Numbered from the stretch's first letter, positions 50,910 through 63,422 are shown. The stretch: DNA of 64,000 bases from Deinococcus maricopensis DSM 21211 (GCF_000186385.1 NC_014958.1:2487077-2551076), one strand, 5' to 3'. Notes: a model not told the origin generated them from the letters alone. Made by a program: numbers and translations.

Positions 50910-51312
50910 CGTACAGTCCGTAGATCCGCAACTCCTTCAGGCCGCGCAGGCGGCGTTCAAGCAGGCGTACGCGCCGTACAGCAAGTTCCGTGTGGGCGCG
51001 GCCCTGCGCACGCCGGACGGTCAGGTGTTCTTCGGCGCGAATGTCGAGAATGCCAGTTACGGGCTGGCGCGTTGCGCGGAGCAGTCGGCGGTGCAGACGC
51101 TGGCGAGCAATGGTGGGCGGACCTTCTCGGATGTGGTGGTGTACAGCGAGGCGAGCCCGCCGGCGAGTCCGTGTGGGGCCTGCCGTCAGATTCTGTTCGA
51201 GTTTGCGCCGGACGCGAATGTGGCGTGCGTGAACCATCTGGGCGAGGTGGTTCGTGGGCAGGTGAAGGATTTCCTGCCGCACGGGTTCCGCTTGGAACAC
51301 GACGACGCCTGA
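50905..51312 (+). CDS. cdd: cytidine deaminase
   Basis: GTG overlaps the upstream TGA; CAEQSA (zinc HAE/CAE motif) and PCGACRQ (PCxxC) motifs. Confidence 0.88.
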   Translation, partial: SDVQSVDPQLLQAAQAAFKQAYAPYSKFRVGAALRTPDGQVFFGANVENASYGLARCAEQSAVQTLASNGGRTFSDVVVYSEASPPASPCGACRQILFEFAPDANVACVNHLGEVVRGQVKDFLPHGFRLEHDDA

Positions 51313-51326
51313 GCGCTGGTATCTGG

Positions 51327-51356
51327 GCCCCGGAGGATGTCCTCCGGGGTTTTTTG
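51327..51356 (+). terminator. canonical rho-independent terminator after cdd
   Basis: CCCCGGAGG-atgt-CCTCCGGGG followed by TTTTTTG. Confidence 0.8.
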
Positions 51357-51400
51357 TGCCGGGTAGGTCAGAATGCTGAGGATTTTTTGTCTGGGTATTA

Positions 51401-51429
51401 TTGACGGGTACTATTTACCCGGATAATAT
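51401..51429 (+). promoter_or_regulatory. near-consensus sigma-70 promoter (TTGACG-17-TAATAT) giving a leaderless mRNA
   Basis: -35 at 51401-06, -10 at 51424-29; predicted TSS about 51436 coincides with the ATG of the downstream ORF. Confidence 0.65.
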
Positions 51430-51435
51430 ACCGGC

Positions 51436-51993
51436 ATGGATGACCCCGTCACCTACACCGCCTTCACCGGCCCCTACCAGATCACCAGCGGCCCCCTTCC
51501 CCACGTCCTCGCCCACATCAAACACCACCTCGACGCCGCTCCCGACACGCCCCCCCTGCTGATCCTCCACGACCAGACCGCCACCCCCGTCGACTTCGAC
51601 CTGACCGGCACCCTCCAAGACGTCCTCGACCGCGCCACCCCGCCCGCCCGCCCCCGCGGCCGCCCCAAACTCGGCGTGACCTCCCGCGAGGTGTCCCTGC
51701 TCGACCGCCACTGGGCCTGGCTGGACGCCCAACCGAGCGGCGCCTCCGCCACGCTGCGGCGCCTCATCGACGACGCCCGCAAGCGCCCCCCCTACAGCAC
51801 CCGCCAGGCCGCCGAAACCCTCGACCGCGCCATGACCCTCCTCGGCGGGAACCTCCCCGGCTACGAGGCCGCCGCCCGAGCCCTGTACGCCGGTCAGCAC
51901 GACACCTTCACCACGCACCTCGCCGCCTGGCCCGACGACCTGCGCACGTACGTACAGCGCCTCGCTCAGGCCACCCTCCCCACCACCCCCTGA
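51436..51993 (+). CDS. conserved hypothetical protein (possibly DUF2239-like)
   Basis: 185 aa, non-repetitive, no TM; driven by the promoter above. Confidence 0.6.
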   Translation: MDDPVTYTAFTGPYQITSGPLPHVLAHIKHHLDAAPDTPPLLILHDQTATPVDFDLTGTLQDVLDRATPPARPRGRPKLGVTSREVSLLDRHWAWLDAQPSGASATLRRLIDDARKRPPYSTRQAAETLDRAMTLLGGNLPGYEAAARALYAGQHDTFTTHLAAWPDDLRTYVQRLAQATLPTTP

Positions 51994-52083
51994 GCCCGCT
52001 CCCGTCGCGCCCCTGCCCCACGCGACCCGGCCACCTCCACCCCCCCGCACCCGGCACGTCACTGACGCGCCGAAGGAGCCCGC

Positions 52084-53328
52084 ATGTCTCCATCCCCGCC
52101 CCAACCGACCGCCAGCCTCCCCTTCATCTTCGTGACGCTACTGCTCGACATGCTCGGCATCGGCCTGATCGTGCCCGTCCTCCCCACCCTCGTCACGCAG
52201 CTCAGCGGCGGCGCCACGAACGCCGCCACGCTGTACGGCGCGCTCATCAGCGCGTACGCCCTGATGCAGTTCCTGTGCGCGCCCCTGCTCGGCGCGCTCA
52301 GCGACGCCCACGGCCGCCGCCCCATCCTGCTCCTCAGCCTGACCGGCTCCACCCTCGGCTACCTCCTGATGGCGTTCAGCCCCAACCTGCTGTGGATGCT
52401 GCTCGCGCGCCTCATCGCGGGCACCACCGGCGCGAACGTCACCGTCGCGAACGCCTACGTCGCGGACATCAGCACGCCCGCCACGCGCGCCCGGAACTTC
52501 GGCGTGGTCAGCGCCGCGTTCGGCCTGGGCTTCATTGCCGGCCCCGCACTCGGCGGGCTGCTCGGGAACGTCGACGTACGCCTCCCCTTCCTGTTCGCCG
52601 CCGGCCTCGCCGCCCTGAACGCCCTGTACGGCTTGCTGGTCCTGCCCGAATCGCACCCGGTCGCCGCGCGCCGCCCCGTACGCGCCACGCACCTCAACCC
52701 GTTCGGCGGGTGGCGGACCCTGCGCGCCGCACCCGGCGTACTCGGGCTCACCGCCGCCATCGTCACCGCGAACCTCGCCGTGCAGTTCAGTAACAGCACC
52801 TGGGTGCTGCACGGCACCGCCCGCTACGGCTGGACGCCCGGCACGAACGGCCTCACCCTCGCCGGGAGCGGCCTGCTGATGGCGGCCGTGCAACTGGCGC
52901 TGCTCGGCCCGGTCGTGCGGCGCCTCGGGGAGCGGCGCACCGCCACCACCGCCCTCCTGATCGGCGTGCTGTCGTTCCTGCTGTACGGCCTCGCGGCGCA
53001 ACCGTGGCTGCTGTACACCGGCATGCTCCTCGGCGTGCTGTGCGGCCTGGCCGGGCCCACCACGCAGTCCCTGTTCAGCGCGCGCATCCCCCCCGAGCAG
53101 CAGGGGGCCGCGCAAGGCGCGCTCACAGGGCTGAACAGCCTCGCGACGGTCGTCGGGCCGCTCGCCGCTACGGGCCTGTTCGCGCACTACGCCGCGCCCG
53201 GCGCCGCCCCCCACCTGCCCGGCATCGTGTTCTTCGCGTGCTCCGCCCTGCTGCTGCTGAGCGCCGGCATGCTGTGGGCCACCTTCCGGCGTGCGTCCGC
53301 TCCCGTCCGCTCCGGCGGTGCTGCATGA
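52084..53328 (+). CDS. MFS transporter, TetA/TCR-like drug-H+ antiporter family (12 TMS)
   Basis: motif A GALSDAHGRRPILL, motif C-like region, 414 aa. Confidence 0.88.
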   Translation: MSPSPPQPTASLPFIFVTLLLDMLGIGLIVPVLPTLVTQLSGGATNAATLYGALISAYALMQFLCAPLLGALSDAHGRRPILLLSLTGSTLGYLLMAFSPNLLWMLLARLIAGTTGANVTVANAYVADISTPATRARNFGVVSAAFGLGFIAGPALGGLLGNVDVRLPFLFAAGLAALNALYGLLVLPESHPVAARRPVRATHLNPFGGWRTLRAAPGVLGLTAAIVTANLAVQFSNSTWVLHGTARYGWTPGTNGLTLAGSGLLMAAVQLALLGPVVRRLGERRTATTALLIGVLSFLLYGLAAQPWLLYTGMLLGVLCGLAGPTTQSLFSARIPPEQQGAAQGALTGLNSLATVVGPLAATGLFAHYAAPGAAPHLPGIVFFACSALLLLSAGMLWATFRRASAPVRSGGAA

Positions 53329-53657
53329 ACGCGCCCCGCGCCTACAAGGGCTTCACGCCGGTCATGGGCATCTACGCGGTGCGGCACGCGCCGAGTGGCC
53401 GGACCCTACTGGGCTGCAGCCCGCACGTGCAGGGCATGCTGAACCGCACACGCTTCCAGCTGCAGCTCGGCGCGCACCCGAACGCCGCCCTGCAGCGCGA
53501 CTGGAACGCCTGCGCCGACGACCTGCAGTTTGAGGTGCTCGACGAGCTCACCCCGGACCCCGCGCGGCCCGCCGAGTACGACTACACCGACGACCTGCGC
53601 GAACTGCTCGCGCTGTGGCACGACCGCCTGAACCTCGCGCCGCACCAGCGGTATTGA
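53325..53657 (+). CDS. small GIY-YIG-domain protein
   Basis: ATGA overlap with MFS gene; MGIYAVRHAPSGRTLLGCS (GIY...YIG-like), conserved R, H, E (FEVLDEL) and N in the expected order; 110 aa. Confidence 0.55.
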   Translation: MNAPRAYKGFTPVMGIYAVRHAPSGRTLLGCSPHVQGMLNRTRFQLQLGAHPNAALQRDWNACADDLQFEVLDELTPDPARPAEYDYTDDLRELLALWHDRLNLAPHQRY

Positions 53658-53694
53658 CTCGCGCGGTGGAAGTCGCGCACACGCGCCGCGCGAG

Positions 53695-54711
53695 GTGCGT
53701 AGCATGCAACGTATGCGCCGTACCCTGCTGACCCTCCTGAAAGTCCTGATGGCGCTCACCCTGGTGGGCGCCACGCTTGACGCCAGCGCCGCGCGGAAAC
53801 GCTCCGGCGGCGGCTTCGGTGGGTCGTCCCGCTCATCGAGCCGCAGCAGTTCCACCCCCAGCCGCAGCGCGCCGTCTTCCTCGCGGCCCTCCACGCTTGA
53901 GCGGTCCGCGCCGCGCACCTCCACACCGCGCGTCACGGCGCCGACGTACGTCACCCCTACGTACGTCACGCCGTCCACCCGCCCGAACGTGGTCGTCACG
54001 TCCGGCCCGGTCGTGGCCACCGGCGGGTACGGCGTCGCCAGCAGCGGCGGGACCGTCCGGACGCTGCTGCTGGTGCTGCTCCTGATCATCGTGGTGGTCG
54101 TCATCGTGGTGCTCGTGCGGCGCCGCGCGGGCCGTGCTGGCAGCGTAGACGCCGCGCACGCCCTGCTGGTGCAGGTGCTCCTCGCCGACAACGACGACGT
54201 AAAGCGGGCGCTGCAGCGCGTCGCGAGCGACGGCGACCCGGACGCGCCCGGCGGGCTGGCGAGCATGCTGCGCGAGGCGGTGCTGGTGCTGCTGCGGCAC
54301 GAGCAGGACTGGGTGTTCGGCGACGTCCGCCACCTGACGGGCGACCGCACGCGCGCCGAACAGCAGGTCAGCTTGTGGGCCACGCAGGCCCGCGCCGCGT
54401 TCGAGGTGCAGACCACCGCCAACTACCAGGACGGCAATGAGCACACCGGGCTGCGCCGCGCGCAGCTGGACGACGCGGCACTCGGCGGGCAGCCCGTGGC
54501 TGTCACCATCGCGGCGGCGGTGCTGGGGGCCAGCACCGCCACGCCGGGCCCGGCGAACCACGCGGCCGTCCGCACGGCCCTCATGGGCCTCGCGGCGCTG
54601 CCCGCCGACCTGCTGGCGTCCACCGAGGTGGTGTGGAGCCCAGACACCCCGGGCGAATTCATCACGCAGGATGAGGCAATCCTGAAGTACCCGAGCCTCA
54701 CACGCCTGTAA
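53695..54711 (+). CDS. DUF1517-like membrane protein (signal peptide, Ser-rich region, TM)
   Basis: MRSMQRMRRTLLTLLKVLMALTLVGA signal; SSRSSSRSSS low complexity; TM LLLVLLLIIVVVVIVVLV; conserved C-terminal domain. Confidence 0.6.
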   Translation: MRSMQRMRRTLLTLLKVLMALTLVGATLDASAARKRSGGGFGGSSRSSSRSSSTPSRSAPSSSRPSTLERSAPRTSTPRVTAPTYVTPTYVTPSTRPNVVVTSGPVVATGGYGVASSGGTVRTLLLVLLLIIVVVVIVVLVRRRAGRAGSVDAAHALLVQVLLADNDDVKRALQRVASDGDPDAPGGLASMLREAVLVLLRHEQDWVFGDVRHLTGDRTRAEQQVSLWATQARAAFEVQTTANYQDGNEHTGLRRAQLDDAALGGQPVAVTIAAAVLGASTATPGPANHAAVRTALMGLAALPADLLASTEVVWSPDTPGEFITQDEAILKYPSLTRL

Positions 54712-54726
54712 CCCCGGCGGGGCGCC

Positions 54727-54768
54727 GCGCAGCAGGAAGGCCGGGGTTTGCCCCGGCCTTCCTGCTGC
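54727..54768. terminator. perfect 19-bp-stem bidirectional hairpin
   Basis: CGCAGCAGGAAGGCCGGGG-tttg-CCCCGGCCTTCCTGCTGCG. Confidence 0.65.
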
Positions 54769-54777
54769 GTGCAGGGT

Positions 54778-55704
54778 TCAGTGGCGCCGCAGGTGCAGCG
54801 CACCGACGATGAGTCCGCCCACCAGCAGGCCCACGAGGCCGGACCCGAGCGTCTCGACCAGCCACGTCACCACGCCGGACGCGAACGGCACCGCGTGCCC
54901 GGCGGCGTGCGACGCGTCGTGCAGGGTGTGCGCGGGGGCACTCACGCCGAACTTATCGAGGCCGTCGATCAGGATGTGCCCGCCCACCCACAGCATGGCG
55001 ATGGTGCCAATGACGGACAGCGCGGCCATCACGACGGGCATGGTGCGCACGAGGCCCCGCCCGAACGCGCGGGCCGCGCCGGAGCGGGTGCCGGCGAGCT
55101 TGAGGCCGAAATCGTCCATTTTCACGATCAGGCCGACCACGCCGTACACCAGCAGCGTGATCATGACGGCGACGAGCGCCAGGATCAGCGCGCGCGACAG
55201 GAACGGCTCGCCGCTCACTTCCGCGAGGGCGATGGCCATGATTTCCGCGGACAGGATGAAGTCGGTGCGGACGGCGCCCGTGACCATCTGCTCCTCGTGG
55301 TCGGCGCTGCCGAGTTTCGTGTTCTGCTCGCCAGCCTTGTCGTGGTGGCCGGTGAAAGCCTCGAGGAGTTTCTCGGCGCCCTCGAAGGACAGGTACGCGC
55401 CGCCGAGCATCAGCAGGGGCGTGATGGCCCACGGCAGGAACTGGCTGAGCAGCAGCGCGGCGGGCAGGATGAACACGAGCTTGTTGCGCAGGGACCCTTT
55501 GGCGATGCGCCAGATGATGGGGAGTTCGCGGTCGGGCGTGAAGCCGGTGACGTAGCGGGGGGTGACGGCGGTGTCGTCCACGACGACGCCGATGGCTTTG
55601 ACGCCGGCTTTGCTGGCGGCGGCGCCGATGTCGTCGAGCGAGGCGGCGGCGAGGCGGGCGATGGCCGCGACGTCGTCGAGCAGGGCGACGAGGCCGCCGC
55701 TCAT
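54778..55704 (-). CDS. DUF808-family inner-membrane protein (YedI-like)
   Basis: MSGGLVALLDDVAAIARLAA N-terminus and overall pattern characteristic of DUF808. Confidence 0.8.
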   Translation of the reverse strand: MSGGLVALLDDVAAIARLAAASLDDIGAAASKAGVKAIGVVVDDTAVTPRYVTGFTPDRELPIIWRIAKGSLRNKLVFILPAALLLSQFLPWAITPLLMLGGAYLSFEGAEKLLEAFTGHHDKAGEQNTKLGSADHEEQMVTGAVRTDFILSAEIMAIALAEVSGEPFLSRALILALVAVMITLLVYGVVGLIVKMDDFGLKLAGTRSGAARAFGRGLVRTMPVVMAALSVIGTIAMLWVGGHILIDGLDKFGVSAPAHTLHDASHAAGHAVPFASGVVTWLVETLGSGLVGLLVGGLIVGALHLRRH

Positions 55705-55856
55705 GCGGGACTCCGGGGGTTCGGGGAGGCAGTCATCAGGAATTCAGCGTAGCAGGCGCGGTTTGCGCGTCGCTGAGCGGGCCTTCATGCTTGCGCGGCG
55801 GGGTTGGTGAGCCAGGACGTTCCGTTATGGGCGTAATCTGGTAGCCTGAGCGTTCG

Positions 55857-58196
<2,340 letters not shown>

Positions 58197-58315
58197 TCGT
58201 GCGCCCCATAGGGGTGCGCGGGCGTACATCTTGGACGCAGTCTGTTCCCCGCCCAGGAAGTTGTCTGAACCGTTTCATTCGTGCAGGTGGGTTTCTAAAT
58301 GTTTCGAGCCGCGCA

Positions 58316-58334
58316 TGTGACACACGTGTGACAC
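58316..58334. promoter_or_regulatory. TGTGACAC direct repeat around a perfect 10-bp palindrome CACACGTGTG
   Basis: tgtgacaCACACGTGTGacac, about 100 bp upstream of the SDR gene start. Confidence 0.3.
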
Positions 58335-58435
58335 TCCAACCGTTACCGTAGAGGTACGCGCACAACTTAAGGCGGGCCGGGTGAAGTCCGCCGCGCAGGG
58401 GGCCGCAACCACGCCGGGCGCGCGCCCCCTTTCCC

Positions 58436-59323
58436 ATGCCGCCACCCGGGTATCCTGAACGCATGACCACTCCGGACCCCTCCCTGCACGGCCAGGTCGC
58501 GCTGGTGACAGGCGCCACGAACGGCATCGGCAAAGTGATCGCGCGGGACCTCGCCGCGCGCGGCGCGCGCGTGTACATCGTCGGCCGTGACGCCGACAAG
58601 ACCGCCCGCGTCGCCCGCGACCTCCAGCAGGCCACTGGCGGCGACGTCCGCACCATCCTCGGCGACCTGAGCGTGCAGGCGGACGTCCGCCGCGTCGCCC
58701 GCGAGTACCGCGCCGCCGAACCCCGCCTGCACATCCTCGTGAACAACGCCGGCGCCTTCTACCGCGCGCGCCAGGAAACCCGCGACGGCATCGAGATGAC
58801 CTTCGCCCTCAACCACCTCGCGTACTTCCTGCTCACGCAGGAACTCCTGCCGGTCCTGACCGCCACGCCGGGCGCGCGCATCGTGAACACCAGCAGCATG
58901 GCGCACACCATGACGCGCCTGCGCTGGCACGACCCGGAATTCAAGCTCGGGTACCGCGGGTGGAGCGCGTACGCGCAGAGCAAACTGGCGAACGTGCTGT
59001 TCACCCGCGAACTCGCGCGGCGCCTGCGCGGCACGGACGTGACCGTGAACGCCTTCCACCCGGGACTCGTCCGCAGCGGCTTCGCGCACAACAACCAGGG
59101 CCTCACGAGCGCCCTGTGGGGGCTACTGCGGCCGTTCTCAGTCACGGAAGAGCAGGGCGCGCGGACCGCCGTGTACCTGGCGACGAGCGCGGACGTGGCG
59201 GGCCTGAGCGGCCTGTACTTCACGAACGAGCACGTGGCGCCCGTGAGTGCCGAGGCTCTCGATGATGCTGCCGCCGAACGCCTGTGGCGCCTGAGCGAAA
59301 CGTACGTGCAGCCAGTCCACTGA
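58436..59323 (+). CDS. SDR-family oxidoreductase (retinol-dehydrogenase-like)
   Basis: TGATNGIG, NNAG, YxxxK (YAQSK); start 58436 or 58463. Confidence 0.88.
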   Translation: MPPPGYPERMTTPDPSLHGQVALVTGATNGIGKVIARDLAARGARVYIVGRDADKTARVARDLQQATGGDVRTILGDLSVQADVRRVAREYRAAEPRLHILVNNAGAFYRARQETRDGIEMTFALNHLAYFLLTQELLPVLTATPGARIVNTSSMAHTMTRLRWHDPEFKLGYRGWSAYAQSKLANVLFTRELARRLRGTDVTVNAFHPGLVRSGFAHNNQGLTSALWGLLRPFSVTEEQGARTAVYLATSADVAGLSGLYFTNEHVAPVSAEALDDAAAERLWRLSETYVQPVH

Positions 59324-59652
59324 GCGGGGCACGGCGGGCCCGATGCGGACCTCTTGCGGACCTCCGAGCAGGCTCCCGAAGGCCTTGCCCCTGCCGGACG
59401 CCCAGGTGGGCTCACCCGGGCACACGCGCGCCCACGCTCACGTACTGCACGTCGGTGAGTATGGGCGCGGCGCCGTGTGGTGGGCTCCTCCGGGACTGAC
59501 TCGGAGCCCCGGGGCTGTGCTGCTGGCGTTCAGCGGCGAACCCTGCCAGGCCCATGATGGCCCTGACGCTCACAATGGCCAGGGGCGCTTCCACCGGCTT
59601 GAGGGAGGCGGCTGCCCGGCGGCAGCGTCTGCCTGCGCCGGCACCCAGGCGT

Positions 59653-60078
59653 TCAGTTCAGGACACCGTCGTTCTCCGGGAGGCCGTACAGGTCCGCGCC
59701 GTCCGCGATGATGGCGCGCGCGAGGTCCAGCAGTTCCGTCTCGCCTGGGCGGGTCAGGAGGAACGTGCCGCGCTGCCCGTACTCGCCGATGTACGACGGG
59801 CCGTCGCGCCGGACGCGGACGAGCACCTCGTACAGCCCGAGTTTCAGCCACGCGGCGTGCGTGCCGCCGACCGGGACGGGCCGCACGCGCGCGAACGGGT
59901 CGGGCGCGGCGTTGAGGGTGACGTTGTTCAGGGGCTTGCCGGGGCCGTTGGCGTGGCGGGCGGCGTGGTACAGGGCGTTCAGGAACGCCTCGCAGGTTTC
60001 CTGGTCGGCGGCGCGGGCGTTGCGCGTCTTCTGGATGGCTTGTTGCAGGGCTGCGTAATCCGCGTTGGACGCCGGCAT
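59653..60078 (-). CDS. hypothetical protein
   Basis: inner ATG 60078 (MPASNADYAALQQ...); 141 aa; no recognisable domain. Confidence 0.5.
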   Translation of the reverse strand: MPASNADYAALQQAIQKTRNARAADQETCEAFLNALYHAARHANGPGKPLNNVTLNAAPDPFARVRPVPVGGTHAAWLKLGLYEVLVRVRRDGPSYIGEYGQRGTFLLTRPGETELLDLARAIIADGADLYGLPENDGVLN

Positions 60079-60170
60079 GGTCGTGTTCCAGTGTGCCGCA
60101 TGCAGCGCGCGCGGAACAGGAGCAAACCAACACAAACGCGCCCGGTGGGGCGCGCGTGAGCGTCCGTCAC

Positions 60171-63100
60171 TCAGCCGAAGTAGCTGAGGAGTTCCATGAG
60201 GGTGCGGGCGTACTCGTCGGGTTTGAGGTTGCGTTTGTCGAGGCGCACGGCGGGCGGGTAGGTGGTGACTTCGGTGCGGTGCGGGAATTTGCGCAGGCCG
60301 GGCGCGTCGTAGTCGAGCGCCTGGTACGTGAAGGTGACCTGCAGGTGCGTCATGCTGTCGCCGATGCTGAGCACGCGGCGCGCGAGGGCGGTCATGCGGA
60401 GTTTGGCGAGGTCGATGAAGTTCTGGATTTCCGGGGTGGGCGGCCCGAACTGCTTACGCAGGTCCCGTTCGATGCGCGTGACGGCCTGCAGGGTGCGGGC
60501 GTCGCTGAGGCGGCCGTACGTGGCGATGCGGGCTTCCTCGTCGTTGCCGAAGTACTCGGGTGTGAGGCGCGCGTTGACGGGCAGGTCGACGCTGACGGTG
60601 GGGGCTTCCTTGAGGGGTTCGCCTTTGAGTTTCGCGACGGCTTCGGCGAGCAGTTCGGTGTACACCTCGATGCTGACGGCCTGCACCTGCCCGTGCTGCT
60701 CTTCGCCGAGGATGTTGCCGACGCCGCGGATTTCCATGTCCTTTTCGGCGAGTTTGTGGCCGGTGCCGAGGTCCTGGAGGTCCGCGATGGCCCACAGGCG
60801 ACGGCTGGCGTTTTCGGTGAGGCGCGGCGGGTAGAACAGGTACGCGTACGCGTCCACGCTGCGTCTGCCGACGCGGCCGCGCAACTGGTAGAGCTGCGCG
60901 AGGCCGAGGCGGTCACTGCGTTCGATCAGGATGGTGTTCGCTTCGGGAATGTCGAGGCCGGTTTCGACGATGGTGGTGGCGAGCAGCACGTCGAACGCGC
61001 CTTCCTCGAAGCCGAGCATGATCTCTTCGAGTTCCTCTTCGTTCATCTGGCCGTGGGCAACGCCGACGCGCGCTTCGGGCACGAGGGTGCGGAGGTACAG
61101 GCTGCGCGCGCCGATGCTGGCAACGCGGTCGTGGATGTAGAAGACTTTGCCGTTACGGTCGATTTCCGAGACGATGGCGTTGCGGACCGTCATGGGGTCG
61201 AACGGCGCGAGGACCGTCTGGATGGGTTTGCGGCCTTTGGGGGGCGTCTGGATGCTGCTCATGTCGCGCAGCCCGACCATGCTCATGTACAGCGTGCGCG
61301 GGATGGGCGTGGCGGACAGGCTGAGGACGTCCACGGCGACGGCGTCTTCCGGGAGGGCGCGTTTGCCTTTTTTGGGCGCGCCGTTCTTGTCGAGTTCCGG
61401 GAGGTTCTGGAGGGCTTTGAGCTTCTCCTTCTGGTTCACGCCGAAGCGGTGCTCCTCGTCGACGATGATCAACCCGAGGTTCTTGAACTGGATGTCGTCG
61501 CTGAGCAGGCGGTGCGTGCCGATGATGACGTCCACTTTGCCCTGCGCGAGGTCCGCGAGGATGGCGTTCGCCTGCCGGGTGCTGGTGAAGCGGCTGATGC
61601 CTTCGACGCGCACGGGCAGGTTCTTGAAGCGCTCGACGAAGGTGCTGGTGTGCTGCTCGGCGAGCAGCGTGGTGGGCACGAGAATGGCCACCTGCTTGCC
61701 GTGTCCGACGACGCGGTGCGCGGCGCGCAGCGCGACCTCGGTCTTGCCGAAGCCGACGTCCCCGGCGATCAGGCGGTCCATGGGGTGGTCCGCTTCGAGG
61801 TCACGGTAGGTTTCCTTGAGGGCGGTGACCTGGTCGGCGGTGAGTTCGAACGGGAAGTTCTCCTCGATCTGCTGGTCCCACTCTGGCATGGGCGTGAAGG
61901 CGTACCCGGGCGTGACCTGCCGCGCGGCGTACTGCACGAGGAGTTTCGCGGCGACCTTCTCGGCGTTCTTGCGGGCCTTCTCGCGCGCTTTGGCCCAGTC
62001 CTTCTTGTCGAGGCTGCTGAGGTTCGGCGGGTCGTCGGTGGTGCCCGGGTGGCGGCGCAGCACGGGCAGCAGTTCGATGGGCAGGTACAGTTTCGCGCCG
62101 CTGCGGTACTCGAGGTGCAGGTAGTCGCGGGCGACGCCGAGGACCGTGCGGCTCTCCAGGCCGAGGAACTGTCCGATGCCGTGCTCCGGGTGGATCAGGT
62201 AGTCGCCGACGTGCAGGCCAAGCGCGTCCGTGACGGGCTTCCCGTGGAGTTTCTTGCTGCGCAGGGCGCTGCCGCCCTGGAAGCCGTAGATGAGGTCCTC
62301 GGTGATGACGACGACGCGCTCCTGCTCCAGCACGAAGCCGCCTTCGCCGCGGGCGCGCAGGAAGCCGATGTCGCCGGGGTTCACGCGGGGGACGCTCAGC
62401 CAGTGGACGGTGTTCGTGTCGAGGAGTTTGTCGGCGAGGTATGACGCGGTGCGGTCGTGCCGGACGAGCACGAGGATGCGGTAGCCGGCGTCGCGCCACT
62501 GGCGGACGTCCTCGGCGAACTCGCCCAGGCGCGCGCGGTAGAAGCTGAGGGGCTTCAGGTCCGACGGGAAGTCCGTGAGCGTGAGGGGGCTGCGGCCGAA
62601 GCTGGTGACCTCGCGGCCTTCCAGTTTCGACCAGAGTTCGCTCACGAGCGGGCCGAGCGCGGTCGGGAAGAACTCGGGGCTGTCGAGGAAGACGCGGCCG
62701 CCCAGCAGCAGGTCGAGGCGCGTGGCCGTCCAGGCTTCGTCGCTCAGGTACCCTTCGGCGGGCGCGAGCGTGAACGTTTCGATCTTCTCGGTGGCGCCGC
62801 CGTCCAGCACGCGGCGCAGCGCGTCGAGTTCGTCGCCGAAGAATTCCGCACGGACCGGGCGTTCCTCGCCTTCCGGGCGCAGTTCGAGGGTGTCGCCGCG
62901 CAGCACGTAGCCGCTGCCGTCGTCCTGCGCGTCGAGGCGCGTGTACCCGAGGCGCTCCAGCTTGCTGAGCAGCGCCTCGCGGGGGTAGTGACCGCCCACG
63001 CGCAGCGCGAGGGCGTGGTCCTCGGGGTTGGCGGGGAACAGGTCGAGGGCGGTGTTCACGTCGAGGATGACGTGGTCGCGGCGCGCGCCCCAGTCGCGCA

Positions 63101-63299
63101 GGCCCGGGTTGACGCTCACGGGCGCGCCGAGGGCGCCGGCGTCACGGTAGGTGTCCAGGCGGTCCGCGGTGGTCAGCAGCACCGCCGGGCCGTCGTGCGC
63201 GGCGAACAGGGCGGCGCGCGCCACTTGCGGCAGCAGCAGGACGTTGCCGGCAGGAGCGGACGGCAGGAGTTTCGGCAGGGACGGGACCTTCAGCGACAC
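60171..63299 (-). CDS. mfd: transcription-repair coupling factor
   Basis: 1042 aa from GTG 63299; UvrB-homology N-terminus, RNAP-interacting domain, SF2 helicase motifs ([32 protein letters not shown]), TRG motif; TACAAT -10 about 7 nt upstream of the GTG suggests a leaderless start. Confidence 0.9.
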   Translation of the reverse strand: MSLKVPSLPKLLPSAPAGNVLLLPQVARAALFAAHDGPAVLLTTADRLDTYRDAGALGAPVSVNPGLRDWGARRDHVILDVNTALDLFPANPEDHALALRVGGHYPREALLSKLERLGYTRLDAQDDGSGYVLRGDTLELRPEGEERPVRAEFFGDELDALRRVLDGGATEKIETFTLAPAEGYLSDEAWTATRLDLLLGGRVFLDSPEFFPTALGPLVSELWSKLEGREVTSFGRSPLTLTDFPSDLKPLSFYRARLGEFAEDVRQWRDAGYRILVLVRHDRTASYLADKLLDTNTVHWLSVPRVNPGDIGFLRARGEGGFVLEQERVVVITEDLIYGFQGGSALRSKKLHGKPVTDALGLHVGDYLIHPEHGIGQFLGLESRTVLGVARDYLHLEYRSGAKLYLPIELLPVLRRHPGTTDDPPNLSSLDKKDWAKAREKARKNAEKVAAKLLVQYAARQVTPGYAFTPMPEWDQQIEENFPFELTADQVTALKETYRDLEADHPMDRLIAGDVGFGKTEVALRAAHRVVGHGKQVAILVPTTLLAEQHTSTFVERFKNLPVRVEGISRFTSTRQANAILADLAQGKVDVIIGTHRLLSDDIQFKNLGLIIVDEEHRFGVNQKEKLKALQNLPELDKNGAPKKGKRALPEDAVAVDVLSLSATPIPRTLYMSMVGLRDMSSIQTPPKGRKPIQTVLAPFDPMTVRNAIVSEIDRNGKVFYIHDRVASIGARSLYLRTLVPEARVGVAHGQMNEEELEEIMLGFEEGAFDVLLATTIVETGLDIPEANTILIERSDRLGLAQLYQLRGRVGRRSVDAYAYLFYPPRLTENASRRLWAIADLQDLGTGHKLAEKDMEIRGVGNILGEEQHGQVQAVSIEVYTELLAEAVAKLKGEPLKEAPTVSVDLPVNARLTPEYFGNDEEARIATYGRLSDARTLQAVTRIERDLRKQFGPPTPEIQNFIDLAKLRMTALARRVLSIGDSMTHLQVTFTYQALDYDAPGLRKFPHRTEVTTYPPAVRLDKRNLKPDEYARTLMELLSYFG

Positions 63300-63422
63300 C
63301 GTCAGATTGTAAAGCAGCCGCCTCCTCTGCTGGCCGTTTCCCCAAGGTTCCCCCTGACGCGCCGACGTTCTGTTTCTGGCTGAGTCGGCGTCCCCCCTTC
63401 CCCCCCTGGTAGAATGTGCGGC

